A stretch of DNA of 64,000 nt from Bacteroidales bacterium (GCA_028686135.1 JAQUCP010000002.1:11306-75305); one strand, 5' to 3'. Shown: positions 43,737 to 53,994, counted from the first letter of the stretch. Translations and numbers: made by a program. The notes: generated by a model from the sequence alone, not told the origin.

Positions 43737-46340
43737 ATGCGTGGGTTTCCCGTTTTTCTCCTCATCCTATTGTTATTAGCCGGGCCTTTCCCGGCTCTGG
43801 CTACTCATAACCGTGCCGGAGAGATCACTTATGAACAACTAAACGATCTAACATTCCGGATTACGGTGATTACCTACACTTCAACTGGTCCAGAATTGGT
43901 GGCCGATCGGGATAGCCTGGATGTTCAGTTTGGCGACGGGACGCGCGCCTATGTGCCTCGTATTGAGGAGGTCTTTTTGCCCAACTATTACAAAAGGAAT
44001 CGATATGTGTGGGAGCATTCCTATCCGGGGCCAGGAACTTATCAGATTGTGGTAGAAGACCCGAATCGAAATCGAGGTGTTAAAAATATTCCTAATTCGG
44101 TCAATGTTGTCTTCTCCATTAAAACGATCCTGGTGATCAGCCCTAATATCGGGCGTAACAGCACACCGGTTTTACTCAACCCTCCCATCGACAAAGCTGC
44201 CCTCGGGCATCCCTTTATCCATAATCCGGCTGCCTTCGACCCGGATGGCGATTCATTATCTTATAAGCTGTCTGTCTGTACCGCCGAGGATGGCCGTGAG
44301 ATTGCCGGATATACTTATCCGCCTTTCAGCGATTCTCTGGTTGTGGATGAACGTACCGGTGACCTTATATGGTCGGCCCCAACTGAAATCGGAAAATATA
44401 ATGTTGCGATGACTATTGAGGAATGGCGGGGTGGAATCAGAATTGGACGAATTCAACGGGATATGCAAATTGAGGTGTATGTGTCCGATAATAAGCCGCC
44501 TGAGATTAGTGGGGAGGGAAAGTTCTGCGTTGTGGCCGGTGAAGAGTTCTCCCGGGAAATCAGAGCATCCGATCCTAATGGCGATTCTATCGTTTTAACG
44601 GCAACCGGAGGCCCGCTCACATTCGACAACAACCCAGCTGTCTTTAACCAGGTCCTCTCAACTCCTGGATTGGCTTTGGCTACCCTGACCTGGACCACCG
44701 AATGTAGTATGGTGAGAAAACAGCCATACCTGATGATTATTAAAGCAAAAGATAATGATCAGGAACTCTCTCTAATCGACAGTAAAAACATAGAAGTGAG
44801 TGTGTTAGCTCCAAAACCGGAAAACCTCACTGCAACTCCGACATCCAGTCATATTGAACTCACCTGGGACCCCTCGATTTGCGCTAACGCAGCAGGGTAC
44901 AGGATATACCGAAGTATCAATCCGATTATCTTCAACCCCGGTGAGTGTGAAACCGGAGTTCCGCCTGAACTTGGATATCAATTGATTGGAACGGTTAGCG
45001 GACATCAGAATACCCAATATATCGATAATAATAGAGGACACGGCCTGCAACAGGCTACTAATTATTGTTACCGGGTTATCGCTTGGTTCGAAGATGGCGC
45101 AGAATCTTTTGCATCAGACGAAGTCTGTGCAAGCTTGGTCAGGGGAATTCCACTCATCACCCAGGTTTCGGTGGAACAAACATCGCTCGACCAGGGAAAG
45201 ATGCGAATCTCCTGGCGGAAACCTGAGACAGCGGAACTGGAGGGCGCTACAGGGCCCTTTAAATACTTGCTTTACCGATCTATCGGGATGTTTGGGATTG
45301 ATCCGGTGCTGATCGATTCACTAAATGGTTTGGAATCTCTATCGTATCTCGACCAAAATATTAATACGCAATTAATTCAATGGTCATACCTGGTAGAATT
45401 GTGGAATGTAGAGCCGGGAAATCGCTACCGGATTGGAGTTCCTCAGCTGGCTTCATCCCTGTTTGTCAATTTATCGTCACTCAATAAAGCACTGAGAATC
45501 AGTTATTCGAAGAATGTCCCCTGGACTATTCATCACTATACCATTCTTCGACAAAACGAGTTGAGAGAAGATTCGGTTGGTCAGACGGCCGATCTTAACT
45601 ACATCGATAGAGGCTTGCAAGAGGGCCAGAATTATTGCTACCGGGTGAAGAGTACAGGAGAATTTCCCGATTTAGGCATCAAGGGACTGGTTAGTTATTC
45701 CCAAATTAGTTGTGCCGTTCCTGTGGATACCGTACCTCCCTGCCCGCCAATACTGGTAGCTCGTAGTGTCTGCGACAGTTTGGCTAACCGACTAACGTGG
45801 AATAACGTGAATGATTCGTGCGCAGAGGATGCAGCATTCTACCGGATCTATTATCGTAGTACACTGGATGGGGATATGGCTAGGATTGACTCGGCTGCCC
45901 CGGCAACCAATACTGCCTATTGGCACTATCCTGAGAATACCATGGCAGGATGCTATGCGGTAACTGCAGTTGATTCAGTTGGTAATGAAAGCGAATACTC
46001 CAACATAGTCTGCCTGGATGAGTGCATCAATTATTCCTTGCCAAATGTTTTTACCCCCAATGGCGATGGTATAAATGACCTCTTAAGACCATATCCCTAC
46101 AACCGGGTTGAAAAAATCGATTTGAAAGTTTTTTCCAGGTGGAATACCCTTGTTTTTCAAACCGAAGATCCGGAGATCAATTGGGATGGTAAACATTTTC
46201 GAACCGGTAAATTGGTGGCCCCAGGCGTATATTATTATGTTTGCGATGTTTATGAACATAGGCTTACCGGAATGGAACCCCGGTATCTCACCGGATTTAT
46301 CCATATATTCCACGATGGAGCCAGCCAGGGTCGCCGATGA
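43737..46340 (+). CDS. T9SS type-B (gliding-motility-associated C-terminal, CHU_C-like) sorting-domain protein with cadherin/Ig-like and FN3-like repeats
   Basis: Start at ATG 43737 (MRGFPVFLLILLLLAGPFPALA). DPDGDSLSYKL and DPNGDSIVLTATGGP are cadherin-like modules. Several FN3-like segments (LTATPTSSHIELTWDP, YRIYRS). The C-terminal sorting-domain pattern is PNVFTPNGDGINDLLRP...WNTLVF...WDGK...PGVYYYV. Confidence 0.8.
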   Translation: MRGFPVFLLILLLLAGPFPALATHNRAGEITYEQLNDLTFRITVITYTSTGPELVADRDSLDVQFGDGTRAYVPRIEEVFLPNYYKRNRYVWEHSYPGPGTYQIVVEDPNRNRGVKNIPNSVNVVFSIKTILVISPNIGRNSTPVLLNPPIDKAALGHPFIHNPAAFDPDGDSLSYKLSVCTAEDGREIAGYTYPPFSDSLVVDERTGDLIWSAPTEIGKYNVAMTIEEWRGGIRIGRIQRDMQIEVYVSDNKPPEISGEGKFCVVAGEEFSREIRASDPNGDSIVLTATGGPLTFDNNPAVFNQVLSTPGLALATLTWTTECSMVRKQPYLMIIKAKDNDQELSLIDSKNIEVSVLAPKPENLTATPTSSHIELTWDPSICANAAGYRIYRSINPIIFNPGECETGVPPELGYQLIGTVSGHQNTQYIDNNRGHGLQQATNYCYRVIAWFEDGAESFASDEVCASLVRGIPLITQVSVEQTSLDQGKMRISWRKPETAELEGATGPFKYLLYRSIGMFGIDPVLIDSLNGLESLSYLDQNINTQLIQWSYLVELWNVEPGNRYRIGVPQLASSLFVNLSSLNKALRISYSKNVPWTIHHYTILRQNELREDSVGQTADLNYIDRGLQEGQNYCYRVKSTGEFPDLGIKGLVSYSQISCAVPVDTVPPCPPILVARSVCDSLANRLTWNNVNDSCAEDAAFYRIYYRSTLDGDMARIDSAAPATNTAYWHYPENTMAGCYAVTAVDSVGNESEYSNIVCLDECINYSLPNVFTPNGDGINDLLRPYPYNRVEKIDLKVFSRWNTLVFQTEDPEINWDGKHFRTGKLVAPGVYYYVCDVYEHRLTGMEPRYLTGFIHIFHDGASQGRR

Positions 46341-47548
46341 AAAGAATTGCCAACATAGGAATCTTGATAATCCTGCTCTGGCAAACGTTGTCGGCTTGGG
46401 GACAGAATCAGGATAGTCAGATGATTCGGGCTCGCTATCTTTTGACAATCAATGATTTAGATTCTGCAAAAGAACTTATGGATAAGCTCTCACCCACTTC
46501 TGTCGATCAGAGCTTGTACAATTTCACCTATGGGATGGTTTTACTTGGTTTGGGAGATCTGAATAGAGCTGAACCTTATCTTTTGCGCGTGAACGGAGAT
46601 CTTGCCGTCAAGGCTTACTATCAGTTAGCCCGATCTTATGCCAAGCTCAACAATGCAGAGAAATCTACGGAGTATCTGGCGCGCCACCTGGCTTCGAAGA
46701 ATCATTATCGGGAGGTTTTCGTCAAAACAGACCAAGCTTTTGCCTTGATTGATGAGTCCAGGCCCTGGATCAGGCTTTGGCAGCAAGAATGGTACTCCGA
46801 TATTGAAAACCTGATTCGTGAAGGGGAGTACCAGCTTTCAGGAAATCATTGGGAAGCTGCTAATGAAGTGGTTGGGAAAATCTTAGCACTGGAACCGGCT
46901 TCTCCAGATGCTCATTTTCTTCACGCGAGAATCGAGCTGTCATTAGAAAAACACCGCGAAGCAAATCGTAATTTAGACCAGGCAATTCAGAACGCAGGGA
47001 ACCGCCTGGATCTGCTGGAAGAGATCTTGACTTTTTGCCTAAACCAGGAGGACTATAAGCGGGTAATTGTACTTGCAGATCAGCTGCTTAAGTTGGATCC
47101 TACCAATCCGGATTATCTTTTTACTCGAGCCTTAGGCCGTATTGCTGATGGTAATGAGTCATTGGTTGCCAGAGAGATGCAGGAAATCAGTGATATTGGC
47201 ATTGCTCCATCAGAACTCTATTATCAGGCTGCCATTCGAACAGCTTCTTCCACCCCGGAAAGGGCCGAACAATACTTGAATCAGGCTATCAGTCAATGTC
47301 AAAAGCTGGATGATCGCTATTATTACCTGCGAGGATTGGTCAGAAAATCGATGAATCAATTTGAACAGGCTTTGGAAGATATGGCTATGTCATTGGATAT
47401 CAACCCAAAACAACCTGATCTCTATTTTGAGCGTGGTGATATTCGCCTGTTGCTGGGGGATAAGCAAGGGGCCTGCTACGACTGGAGACGGGCGCTTTCA
47501 CTGGGCCATAAGCAAGCTCCGGATCGTCTATACAAGCACTGTAAATAG
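46337..47548 (+). CDS. tetratricopeptide-repeat protein, secreted
   Basis: 403 aa with a signal peptide (ILIILLWQTLSAWGQ). Multiple TPR-like A..Y..A......A...L..AL..DP units. ATGA overlap with the preceding T9SS cargo gene. Confidence 0.7.
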   Translation: MKRIANIGILIILLWQTLSAWGQNQDSQMIRARYLLTINDLDSAKELMDKLSPTSVDQSLYNFTYGMVLLGLGDLNRAEPYLLRVNGDLAVKAYYQLARSYAKLNNAEKSTEYLARHLASKNHYREVFVKTDQAFALIDESRPWIRLWQQEWYSDIENLIREGEYQLSGNHWEAANEVVGKILALEPASPDAHFLHARIELSLEKHREANRNLDQAIQNAGNRLDLLEEILTFCLNQEDYKRVIVLADQLLKLDPTNPDYLFTRALGRIADGNESLVAREMQEISDIGIAPSELYYQAAIRTASSTPERAEQYLNQAISQCQKLDDRYYYLRGLVRKSMNQFEQALEDMAMSLDINPKQPDLYFERGDIRLLLGDKQGACYDWRRALSLGHKQAPDRLYKHCK

Positions 47549-47555
47549 CCGGGAG

Positions 47556-49004
47556 TTATTTGTTTTTACCACTAAACTTTTCTGCTGTTGAACTGACCAA
47601 ATGAAGCAGATCCTCCATCTCCTTTCTTGTTGTCAAGGGATTCATGATACAGGTGCGGAGATAGGTCCGCCCCATAATTTTTGTTTGAACGATGTAGAAC
47701 TGCCCGGATTCGATGATGGTTTTTCTAACATCAGCATTGATCCTGTCGATCTCTTCCAATGGTAGTGATGGATCAATCCATCTGAAACATACTATATTCG
47801 TTTCAGGCTCGTAAGGGAGTTCGAAATCAGACGATTGGGAGATTAGAGTGAAAAATTCTTTACCTAAATCATAGCAGGTAGTCAGGTAATCGATAAAGAC
47901 CTGCGGTCCGTAGGTCCTGAGGATTGAATAGACTTTAATTCCCATCATGTTTTTGGTACACTCCAGAGTTCTAACAGCCGAATTGAACCAGAGCTCACGT
48001 TCTTTCTCGTGAAGGATATAGACGGCTTTCTGGTTAAATGGATCGTATGATCGATGCCCTTCACGGAAGAGTACGGCAGTTGTCAGGGCGCTGATACCTA
48101 GCATTTTATGAAAATCAATCACGACTGAATCAGCCAGCTCGATTCCGCGGGTAAGGTGTTGGTATTTTGGGGTGATGGCTGCGGCACCACCATGGGCACC
48201 ATCCACATGAAACCAGAGGTTATTTTTTCGGCAGAATTCAGCAATTTCTGTGAGCGGGTCATAGGTTCCGGTGGAGGTGGAGCAGGCATTACCCACGACT
48301 GCGATTACGGATAGTCCTTGTTCCCTGGCCTGATTAAGGCAGGCATCCAGTTGGGAAGGATCCAGACGAAAGTGGTTGTCGGTTGGTACTTTGATCACCC
48401 CTTGTTCACCCCAACCCATGAGCTGAACAGCACGGGCAACGCTGTAGTGAGCCTCGGCGCTGACCATCAAAGCAGGATGAAACCCATCCTGATGACCCTT
48501 TTGCCAGAGGTCATATCCTGCTTGACTCTGACGGGCAGCCAAGAGTGCAGTCAGATTGCCAAGAGATCCGCCTGAAGTAAGGATTCCGGCCGAATCTTCA
48601 TCGAATCCGATTGCTTTGGCTAACCAGTCGGTGACCACCCGCTCCATAGCCGTGCTGACCGGTCCCATCTCGTAAATGGCTGACCCATTATTTAGCGCCC
48701 CATTCAGCATCTCGCTGAGTCCGGCTATCGGAATCGAGGCACAAACCTGATGCCCCATATAACGGGGATGATGGATGTGGATGGTTTCTTCAATGGTGTC
48801 TTGCCAGAACTCATCGAATTGGAACTCCGTTTCCAGTTCATTCCGCCAATGCTCCAATCGTTCATCAGGCTCCTTCCATGGAAGGACGCTTGTAAGTTTC
48901 TGATTATAACTGTCTTTAAGATGGTTGGCAATCAAATCAACCAACCGATGGGCTTGTTGCCTGAACTCTTCAGGATCGTAAGCCTTTCTAAGCAAATCAG
49001 TCAT
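47556..49004 (-). CDS. group II pyridoxal-phosphate-dependent decarboxylase
   Basis: Start moved to ATG 49004 (MTDLLRKAYDPEEF). Motifs GILTSGGSLGNLTALLAAR and HVDGAHGGAA, with PLP-lysine context SVVIDFHKMLG. The substrate is not assignable by eye. Confidence 0.75.
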   Translation of the reverse strand: MTDLLRKAYDPEEFRQQAHRLVDLIANHLKDSYNQKLTSVLPWKEPDERLEHWRNELETEFQFDEFWQDTIEETIHIHHPRYMGHQVCASIPIAGLSEMLNGALNNGSAIYEMGPVSTAMERVVTDWLAKAIGFDEDSAGILTSGGSLGNLTALLAARQSQAGYDLWQKGHQDGFHPALMVSAEAHYSVARAVQLMGWGEQGVIKVPTDNHFRLDPSQLDACLNQAREQGLSVIAVVGNACSTSTGTYDPLTEIAEFCRKNNLWFHVDGAHGGAAAITPKYQHLTRGIELADSVVIDFHKMLGISALTTAVLFREGHRSYDPFNQKAVYILHEKERELWFNSAVRTLECTKNMMGIKVYSILRTYGPQVFIDYLTTCYDLGKEFFTLISQSSDFELPYEPETNIVCFRWIDPSLPLEEIDRINADVRKTIIESGQFYIVQTKIMGRTYLRTCIMNPLTTRKEMEDLLHLVSSTAEKFSGKNK

Positions 49005-49839
49005 GAGTCCTTTTAGCAGTTTTCTCCACGGTTTGTTTACCGGGTACCTCACTCTTGGTTTTTCGCTTCCACAACAGGAAGAACAGTCCGACCAGTGCTA
49101 GAGGTAAACTGAGCCATTGACCCATGTTAAGTTGCATATTGGCTTCAAAGGCAACCTGGTCTGCTTTTAAAAACTCGATAAAAAAACGGAAGCCAAAAAC
49201 CAATAACATAAACAGGCCAAAGATTCGACCCTCTTTGAAACGGGTCTCAGTTTTAAAGAAGAGGTACATCAGTAGGAGAAAAATGGTGAGATAACCCAGA
49301 GCTTCATAAATCTGAGTTGGATGACGGGGGATATTATCTTCCCGAATAAAAATGAAAGCCCACGGAACTGAGGTCGGGTTTCCATAGATCTCGCTGTTAA
49401 TCAGATTGCCGGTTCGAATAAAGACCCCTGCCAGGGCTGCTGGAATAACCACCCGGTCAAGAGCCCAAAAAATTGATTTTTTGCTGTACTTTCTTGACCA
49501 TAGCCATAGCATCAGGACAATACCAATGGCACCGCCGTGGCTGGCAAGTCCCCCATGCCAGATTTTGAGGATCTCCGAAGGATTAACCTTGTAATAGGCC
49601 CAATCATAAAAGAAAACATGACCTAAACGTGCCCCAATGACGGTACCGATTACGACGTAAAGAAACATCGAGTCGATCCAATCGCGGTTAACTCCATCAA
49701 ACTTGAACATCTTGGATACGAGGATGATCCCGCAAACAAAGGCAGACGCGAAAAGTAGTCCATACCAGCGAACGGTCCAGGTTCCGATCTGAAACATGAT
49801 GGGATCTACATCCCAGATGATTCCGTTAGTAGGTTCCAT
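48997..49839 (-). CDS. lgt: prolipoprotein diacylglyceryl transferase
   Basis: 280 aa, polytopic. Motifs VRWYGLLF, GARLGHVFFY, WHGGLASHGG and HPTQIYEA. Confidence 0.9.
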   Translation of the reverse strand: MEPTNGIIWDVDPIMFQIGTWTVRWYGLLFASAFVCGIILVSKMFKFDGVNRDWIDSMFLYVVIGTVIGARLGHVFFYDWAYYKVNPSEILKIWHGGLASHGGAIGIVLMLWLWSRKYSKKSIFWALDRVVIPAALAGVFIRTGNLINSEIYGNPTSVPWAFIFIREDNIPRHPTQIYEALGYLTIFLLLMYLFFKTETRFKEGRIFGLFMLLVFGFRFFIEFLKADQVAFEANMQLNMGQWLSLPLALVGLFFLLWKRKTKSEVPGKQTVEKTAKRTHD

Positions 49840-49975
49840 AAAATTGTAATCTTAAACTTTCCAAAGGTAGTTTTTTCAGTAGGATTATGGGAGCTTTGAT
49901 GCATGTTATGGTCGTACAATCCCGGGTTCATTATATGTAAAAAAGTGTTTTCTTTACCAAAAAATCACTGAACCT

Positions 49976-51316
49976 ATGAAAGCAACACATTGGATGGTAC
50001 TATCCTTGGCTTGTTTCGTCAGCTTCGAAGCGGCTACATGCCAAACGGTTGATTCGCTGAAAACCGAAGCGGATGAAAAAGCCAAAAAGGGATTTAGTTT
50101 TGGTGCAGTACCGGCGATTGCCTATGATTCTGATTTAGGATTCAGGTACGGTGCACTGGCCAATTTTTACCACTATGGAGATGGTTCAATCTATCCTTTT
50201 TACAAACATTCGCTGTACGTTGAATGGTCGCATACCACGAAGGGAAGCGATTTGAAACAGATCAAGTATGACTCTGAATACTTGATTCCCGGAATTCGGG
50301 TAACTGCTGATGTTCGCTTGGAGACTGAACAAGCCATGGATTTTTACGGATTTAACGGATACGAAACCCGTTTCAATCCGGCACTTTCTACCACTGGGAG
50401 TGATGATTATATCAGTCGGATGTTCTATCGAATGGACCGTAGAACCTTTCGAGTTCGCGCAAATTTCCAGGGCAAAATCATTGGCAGGCAGCTTCGCTGG
50501 TTTGCAGGAGTGTCACACTATAATCTGGAGCTCGGATCGGTGGATATTGATCATCTGAATAAAGGTAAAGAGGGGGACAATCTGTTACCAAAAGTTGATG
50601 GCCTGTATGACCGTTTTGTCAAGGAGGGCGTGATACCCTCGGATCAGGCTACCGGAGGCGGTGTAACTACCGTGGCTGCTGGAATTGTGGCTGATACGAG
50701 AGATAATGAACCCAATCCCAATAGAGGGATCTGGTCTGAAGCTTTGGTGCTGACGTCGCCCGGTTTTATCGGCAATAAAAACCCGTACACTACATTAATA
50801 TTAACTCATAGACAGTACTTTACAATATTTCCCAATAGACTGACTTTTGCTTATCGCCTGAACTACCAAAGCACCATCGCTGGTCAGATCCCTTGGTATA
50901 TGATGAGTTTTACGTTCAGTTCCTATGAAAATCAGGAAGGGATTGGAGGAAGCAAAAACCTGCGGGGCGTTCTGCGAAATCGTGTTGTTGGTGAGGGATA
51001 TGCGTTGGGGAATTTTGAGCTGCGATGGAAGTTTGCAAAGTTCAACCTCTTCAAGCAAAACTTCTATCTAGCCTTGTCTCCTTTTATCGATGTAGCCAGG
51101 ATTACCAAGCCTTACAATCCTTATGATGGTTTTGCCATTCCGGAAGCTTACCGTGGGAGCGAAGACGGATTCCATGTTGGCTATGGGGCCGGTCTGCATA
51201 TCGCGCTGAACCAGAACTTTATTGTCGCAGTGGATTACGGTTTGGCGATGAATACCGCATTAGATAAAAATGATGGGAAGAGCGGTCTGTACATTGGACT
51301 GAATTTCCTGTTCTAA
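49976..51316 (+). CDS. Omp85/BamA-like beta-barrel outer-membrane protein (barrel only, no obvious POTRA)
   Basis: 446 aa with a signal peptide. Alternating beta-strand pattern throughout. C-terminal OMP signature ...GLYIGLNFLF ending in Phe. Confidence 0.6.
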   Translation: MKATHWMVLSLACFVSFEAATCQTVDSLKTEADEKAKKGFSFGAVPAIAYDSDLGFRYGALANFYHYGDGSIYPFYKHSLYVEWSHTTKGSDLKQIKYDSEYLIPGIRVTADVRLETEQAMDFYGFNGYETRFNPALSTTGSDDYISRMFYRMDRRTFRVRANFQGKIIGRQLRWFAGVSHYNLELGSVDIDHLNKGKEGDNLLPKVDGLYDRFVKEGVIPSDQATGGGVTTVAAGIVADTRDNEPNPNRGIWSEALVLTSPGFIGNKNPYTTLILTHRQYFTIFPNRLTFAYRLNYQSTIAGQIPWYMMSFTFSSYENQEGIGGSKNLRGVLRNRVVGEGYALGNFELRWKFAKFNLFKQNFYLALSPFIDVARITKPYNPYDGFAIPEAYRGSEDGFHVGYGAGLHIALNQNFIVAVDYGLAMNTALDKNDGKSGLYIGLNFLF

Positions 51317-51333
51317 TCCAAATCCCTTGTTCT

Positions 51334-51367
51334 AAGGAGGATTATTTTTGATAGTCCTCCTTTTTTT
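51334..51367 (+). terminator. Rho-independent terminator between convergent genes
   Basis: 8-bp perfect stem aaggagga (51334..51341) pairs with tcctcctt (51355..51362) around a 13-nt loop, followed by a T-run to 51367. Confidence 0.55.
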
Positions 51368-52025
51368 ATTTCTCCATCAAGGCTTGTACAGCTTTGTAAA
51401 TGGCCATCTTGGCGCAGGTCTCATACACCTTCAACTCCTGATCATGAATAGTGCCACTGACCCTTCTAAAATCGATTCCCAGCTCACCAGCATTGTCTAT
51501 TTTGTCTCCGGTATGAAACACCCCTTCAACATCCTGGATAAGATTTTTATCAGAACTATACACTTGAATTCGACACCTCATTTTGACTATTTTCTTCTGC
51601 TGCTCAAGAGGATCGGTCTGGTTACTGCCATCCAGTGATAATGAACTGATATCTTTGAGGTGAATGCGTAGATACTGATCGGCAACCTCAGTGGCTACTG
51701 CCTTTGAGAGATTCGCAGAGGGGAACCCATACCGGTTAGATTTGACTGAGGAGAGCGTGTCCAAGGGAAGGAGGTCCATTCCGGATTTTTCAAGTTGACT
51801 GATTAAGAAGGGATTAACTACTTTATAAACATATTCCGGTCCGCGTTTGATCCCCTTCACACCATAGTTTTTTAGGTATTCTTTTGTGGGCATATCACCC
51901 TGATCACTCGTCAGCTCGATCTCGACTGTGTAGTTAAAAACTGCCGTTTCCTGGGCGTTTAGGTTAACACTGGCGATCAGTAGATACAATACCAGTGCAG
52001 CGATTCTGGTAAGTTGTCTTTTCAT
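51366..52025 (-). CDS. secreted hypothetical protein
   Basis: 219 aa with signal peptide MKRQLTRIAALVLYLLIASVNLNAQE. No family recognised. Confidence 0.55.
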   Translation of the reverse strand: MKRQLTRIAALVLYLLIASVNLNAQETAVFNYTVEIELTSDQGDMPTKEYLKNYGVKGIKRGPEYVYKVVNPFLISQLEKSGMDLLPLDTLSSVKSNRYGFPSANLSKAVATEVADQYLRIHLKDISSLSLDGSNQTDPLEQQKKIVKMRCRIQVYSSDKNLIQDVEGVFHTGDKIDNAGELGIDFRRVSGTIHDQELKVYETCAKMAIYKAVQALMEK

Positions 52026-52062
52026 TGCCGGAGTATTTTACCCTAAATATACGTTGCATTTC

Positions 52063-53091
52063 TTATTGAATCTTATGAAACGCAATAATTTGAAGGATTT
52101 TCTCAGCAACAGTATCTGGGGTTATAAGTTTCATGCATCGCATAGGATCGCTTCTCAGATGACAGGGGCTCTCTCCGTAAACTGAGCATGGCCTGCAGGG
52201 AACTTCATCGCAGGAAGCCTGGATGAGATAGTCCGGTGGTTGATTGAGAGGTGAAAAACCCATTTCTGGATGTGTCGCACCCCAGATTGACAAGGTAGGG
52301 ACCCCGGCCAGGGAGGCTAAGTGCATATTGGCGGAATCCATGGATACAAACACATCCATACTGGCAATAATCCGCAGCTCGTCGATCGGGTTATGAAGAC
52401 CAGCTTCCACCCGTTGACCCTGGCGAGCCATTCTCTGAAGAGCCTGACGTTCATCACGACCACCGAAAAGATGAATTTCAAAATCCTCCTGCTTTCCAAG
52501 AATCTCCAACAGCTGGATGACAGATTCTTCTCCCCACATTTTAGTCCGGTGCTTGGCCATTGGAGCTATACCGATATGGTAAGACCTTGATCTTCTAACC
52601 CTCTCTTCAATTTCTCCTAGGATATGATCCATTGGTCTTGTCTCCATGGCAACCCTGAACCCCGCCTTGCGAAAGACATCCAAATACCGGTTGGTGGTGT
52701 GTGGCATGAGGGGAACCTCTCGACCTTTGATTATCTTTCTTCTCTGAGAACGATATTTTCGGACGATCCTCACGGGCCGGAGGCTTATAATAAAAAGAAA
52801 ATCAAGAATATACGTCCTTAATACTCCGTGTAGATCGATAACCTGATCAACCGATCCTCCGCCCCGGATTCTTCCGAATAACCTCAACAATCCAATCAAA
52901 CCACTAGGTTGATGCCGATCAAAAGAGATGATTTCCAGGCGCTGAATTCCTCGAAAATATGGAGAGAAACAGGTACTGGTCACCAATCTGATTTGAATGT
53001 CCGGATTGGCCCTCAGAACCCCGCGAACGACCGGGAGGGTCAATAAAACATCACCCATGGAAGAGAGTCGGAAAACAACTAGGGTTCTCAT
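52063..53091 (-). CDS. glycosyltransferase family 9 (heptosyltransferase-like)
   Basis: 342 aa. N-terminus RLSSMGDVLLTLPV, then FGGRDE, SMDSANMHLASLAGVPTLSIWG (typical GT9 C-terminal domain). Confidence 0.8.
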   Translation of the reverse strand: MRTLVVFRLSSMGDVLLTLPVVRGVLRANPDIQIRLVTSTCFSPYFRGIQRLEIISFDRHQPSGLIGLLRLFGRIRGGGSVDQVIDLHGVLRTYILDFLFIISLRPVRIVRKYRSQRRKIIKGREVPLMPHTTNRYLDVFRKAGFRVAMETRPMDHILGEIEERVRRSRSYHIGIAPMAKHRTKMWGEESVIQLLEILGKQEDFEIHLFGGRDERQALQRMARQGQRVEAGLHNPIDELRIIASMDVFVSMDSANMHLASLAGVPTLSIWGATHPEMGFSPLNQPPDYLIQASCDEVPCRPCSVYGESPCHLRSDPMRCMKLITPDTVAEKILQIIAFHKIQ

Positions 53092-53093
53092 GC

Positions 53094-53465
53094 TTAATAG
53101 GCCGAATAGGATTTTTCCTCGTAAAGATCAGAATTGGTTGCCTGGTTTATTTTCTTCTTGATGGCTGAGCGTTCATCGTTTAACCGATACACCATTCGTG
53201 CAGCCTCAATAAATCCGGGCCCAAAATCAGCCTTGCGCTCAAAATCACGGATGTTGTCCTCAATGTCCCAAAGTTTCCGATTGACTCGGGCAAGGTCATG
53301 ATACAACGTCCCAATTTGTCCAATCAGAGGCTGTGCTAAAGGATTCAGAGCCTCAAATTCCTGCCGGATGTTACAGACCTTCTCCTGATCATGAATCCGT
53401 TCCAGCTTGATTTCCAGGATCGTAATTTTATCGATCAATTCACCGTTACTTACCTCGATTTTCAT
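53094..53465 (-). CDS. small helical protein of the DUF6165/DUF4254 type commonly paired with GT9 genes
   Basis: About 123 aa from ATG 53465 (MKIEVSNGELIDKITILEIKLERI). Motif NRKLWDIEDNIRDFE. The stop is 2 nt before the GT9 start. The family name is from memory. Confidence 0.5.
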   Translation of the reverse strand: MKIEVSNGELIDKITILEIKLERIHDQEKVCNIRQEFEALNPLAQPLIGQIGTLYHDLARVNRKLWDIEDNIRDFERKADFGPGFIEAARMVYRLNDERSAIKKKINQATNSDLYEEKSYSAY

Positions 53466-53574
53466 TGTGAAAAGATAATCATTATTCAAAACGAATGAAA
53501 CCACGAAGCTGGCAAGGATTTTATACATTTCTTAACAAGGACTGAAAGTTGTTTTTGTTTATTTTGTCCTTGAT

Positions 53575-53994
53575 ATGGTTAGATTCGTTGCTTTGCCCAT
53601 TGCTTTTATGGTGATTTTCAGTTCGATCGGACTGAGGGTCATGCATCATCATTGCATCTGGTGCGGAGATCATCCGATTGAGGTGATGATGGAACCCGAG
53701 GATTCCTGCTTGGCGGAATCTTGCTGTTCGGCTGTAAACATGAGTGCCGAAAAGAATGCTGACCATCATCAGTGTTGCGTGGAAATCCTGATGAAAATCG
53801 AGAATGCTATTCACCAGGTTGAGAATCAGGATTTTAAGCTTCCGGTGATCAATTTTCGAACTATGGATGGGCTCGCCATCGATTTTATTCAATCTGCTGA
53901 GTCCTCCTTCAAACAGGTGCGGTTTACCATCCTGCCACCACTTTTACCTTTCACAACAAATCTGCAATCCTTTAATCATGCCTGGCTCTGTTGA
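53575..53994 (+). CDS. His/Cys-rich small membrane protein (HYC_CC_PP-like)
   Basis: 139 aa with an N-terminal TM helix. Motifs then follow in order: MHHHCIWCGDH, ESCCSAV, DHHQCCVE and TILPPLLP. It lies directly upstream of a TonB-dependent receptor. Confidence 0.55.
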   Translation: MVRFVALPIAFMVIFSSIGLRVMHHHCIWCGDHPIEVMMEPEDSCLAESCCSAVNMSAEKNADHHQCCVEILMKIENAIHQVENQDFKLPVINFRTMDGLAIDFIQSAESSFKQVRFTILPPLLPFTTNLQSFNHAWLC

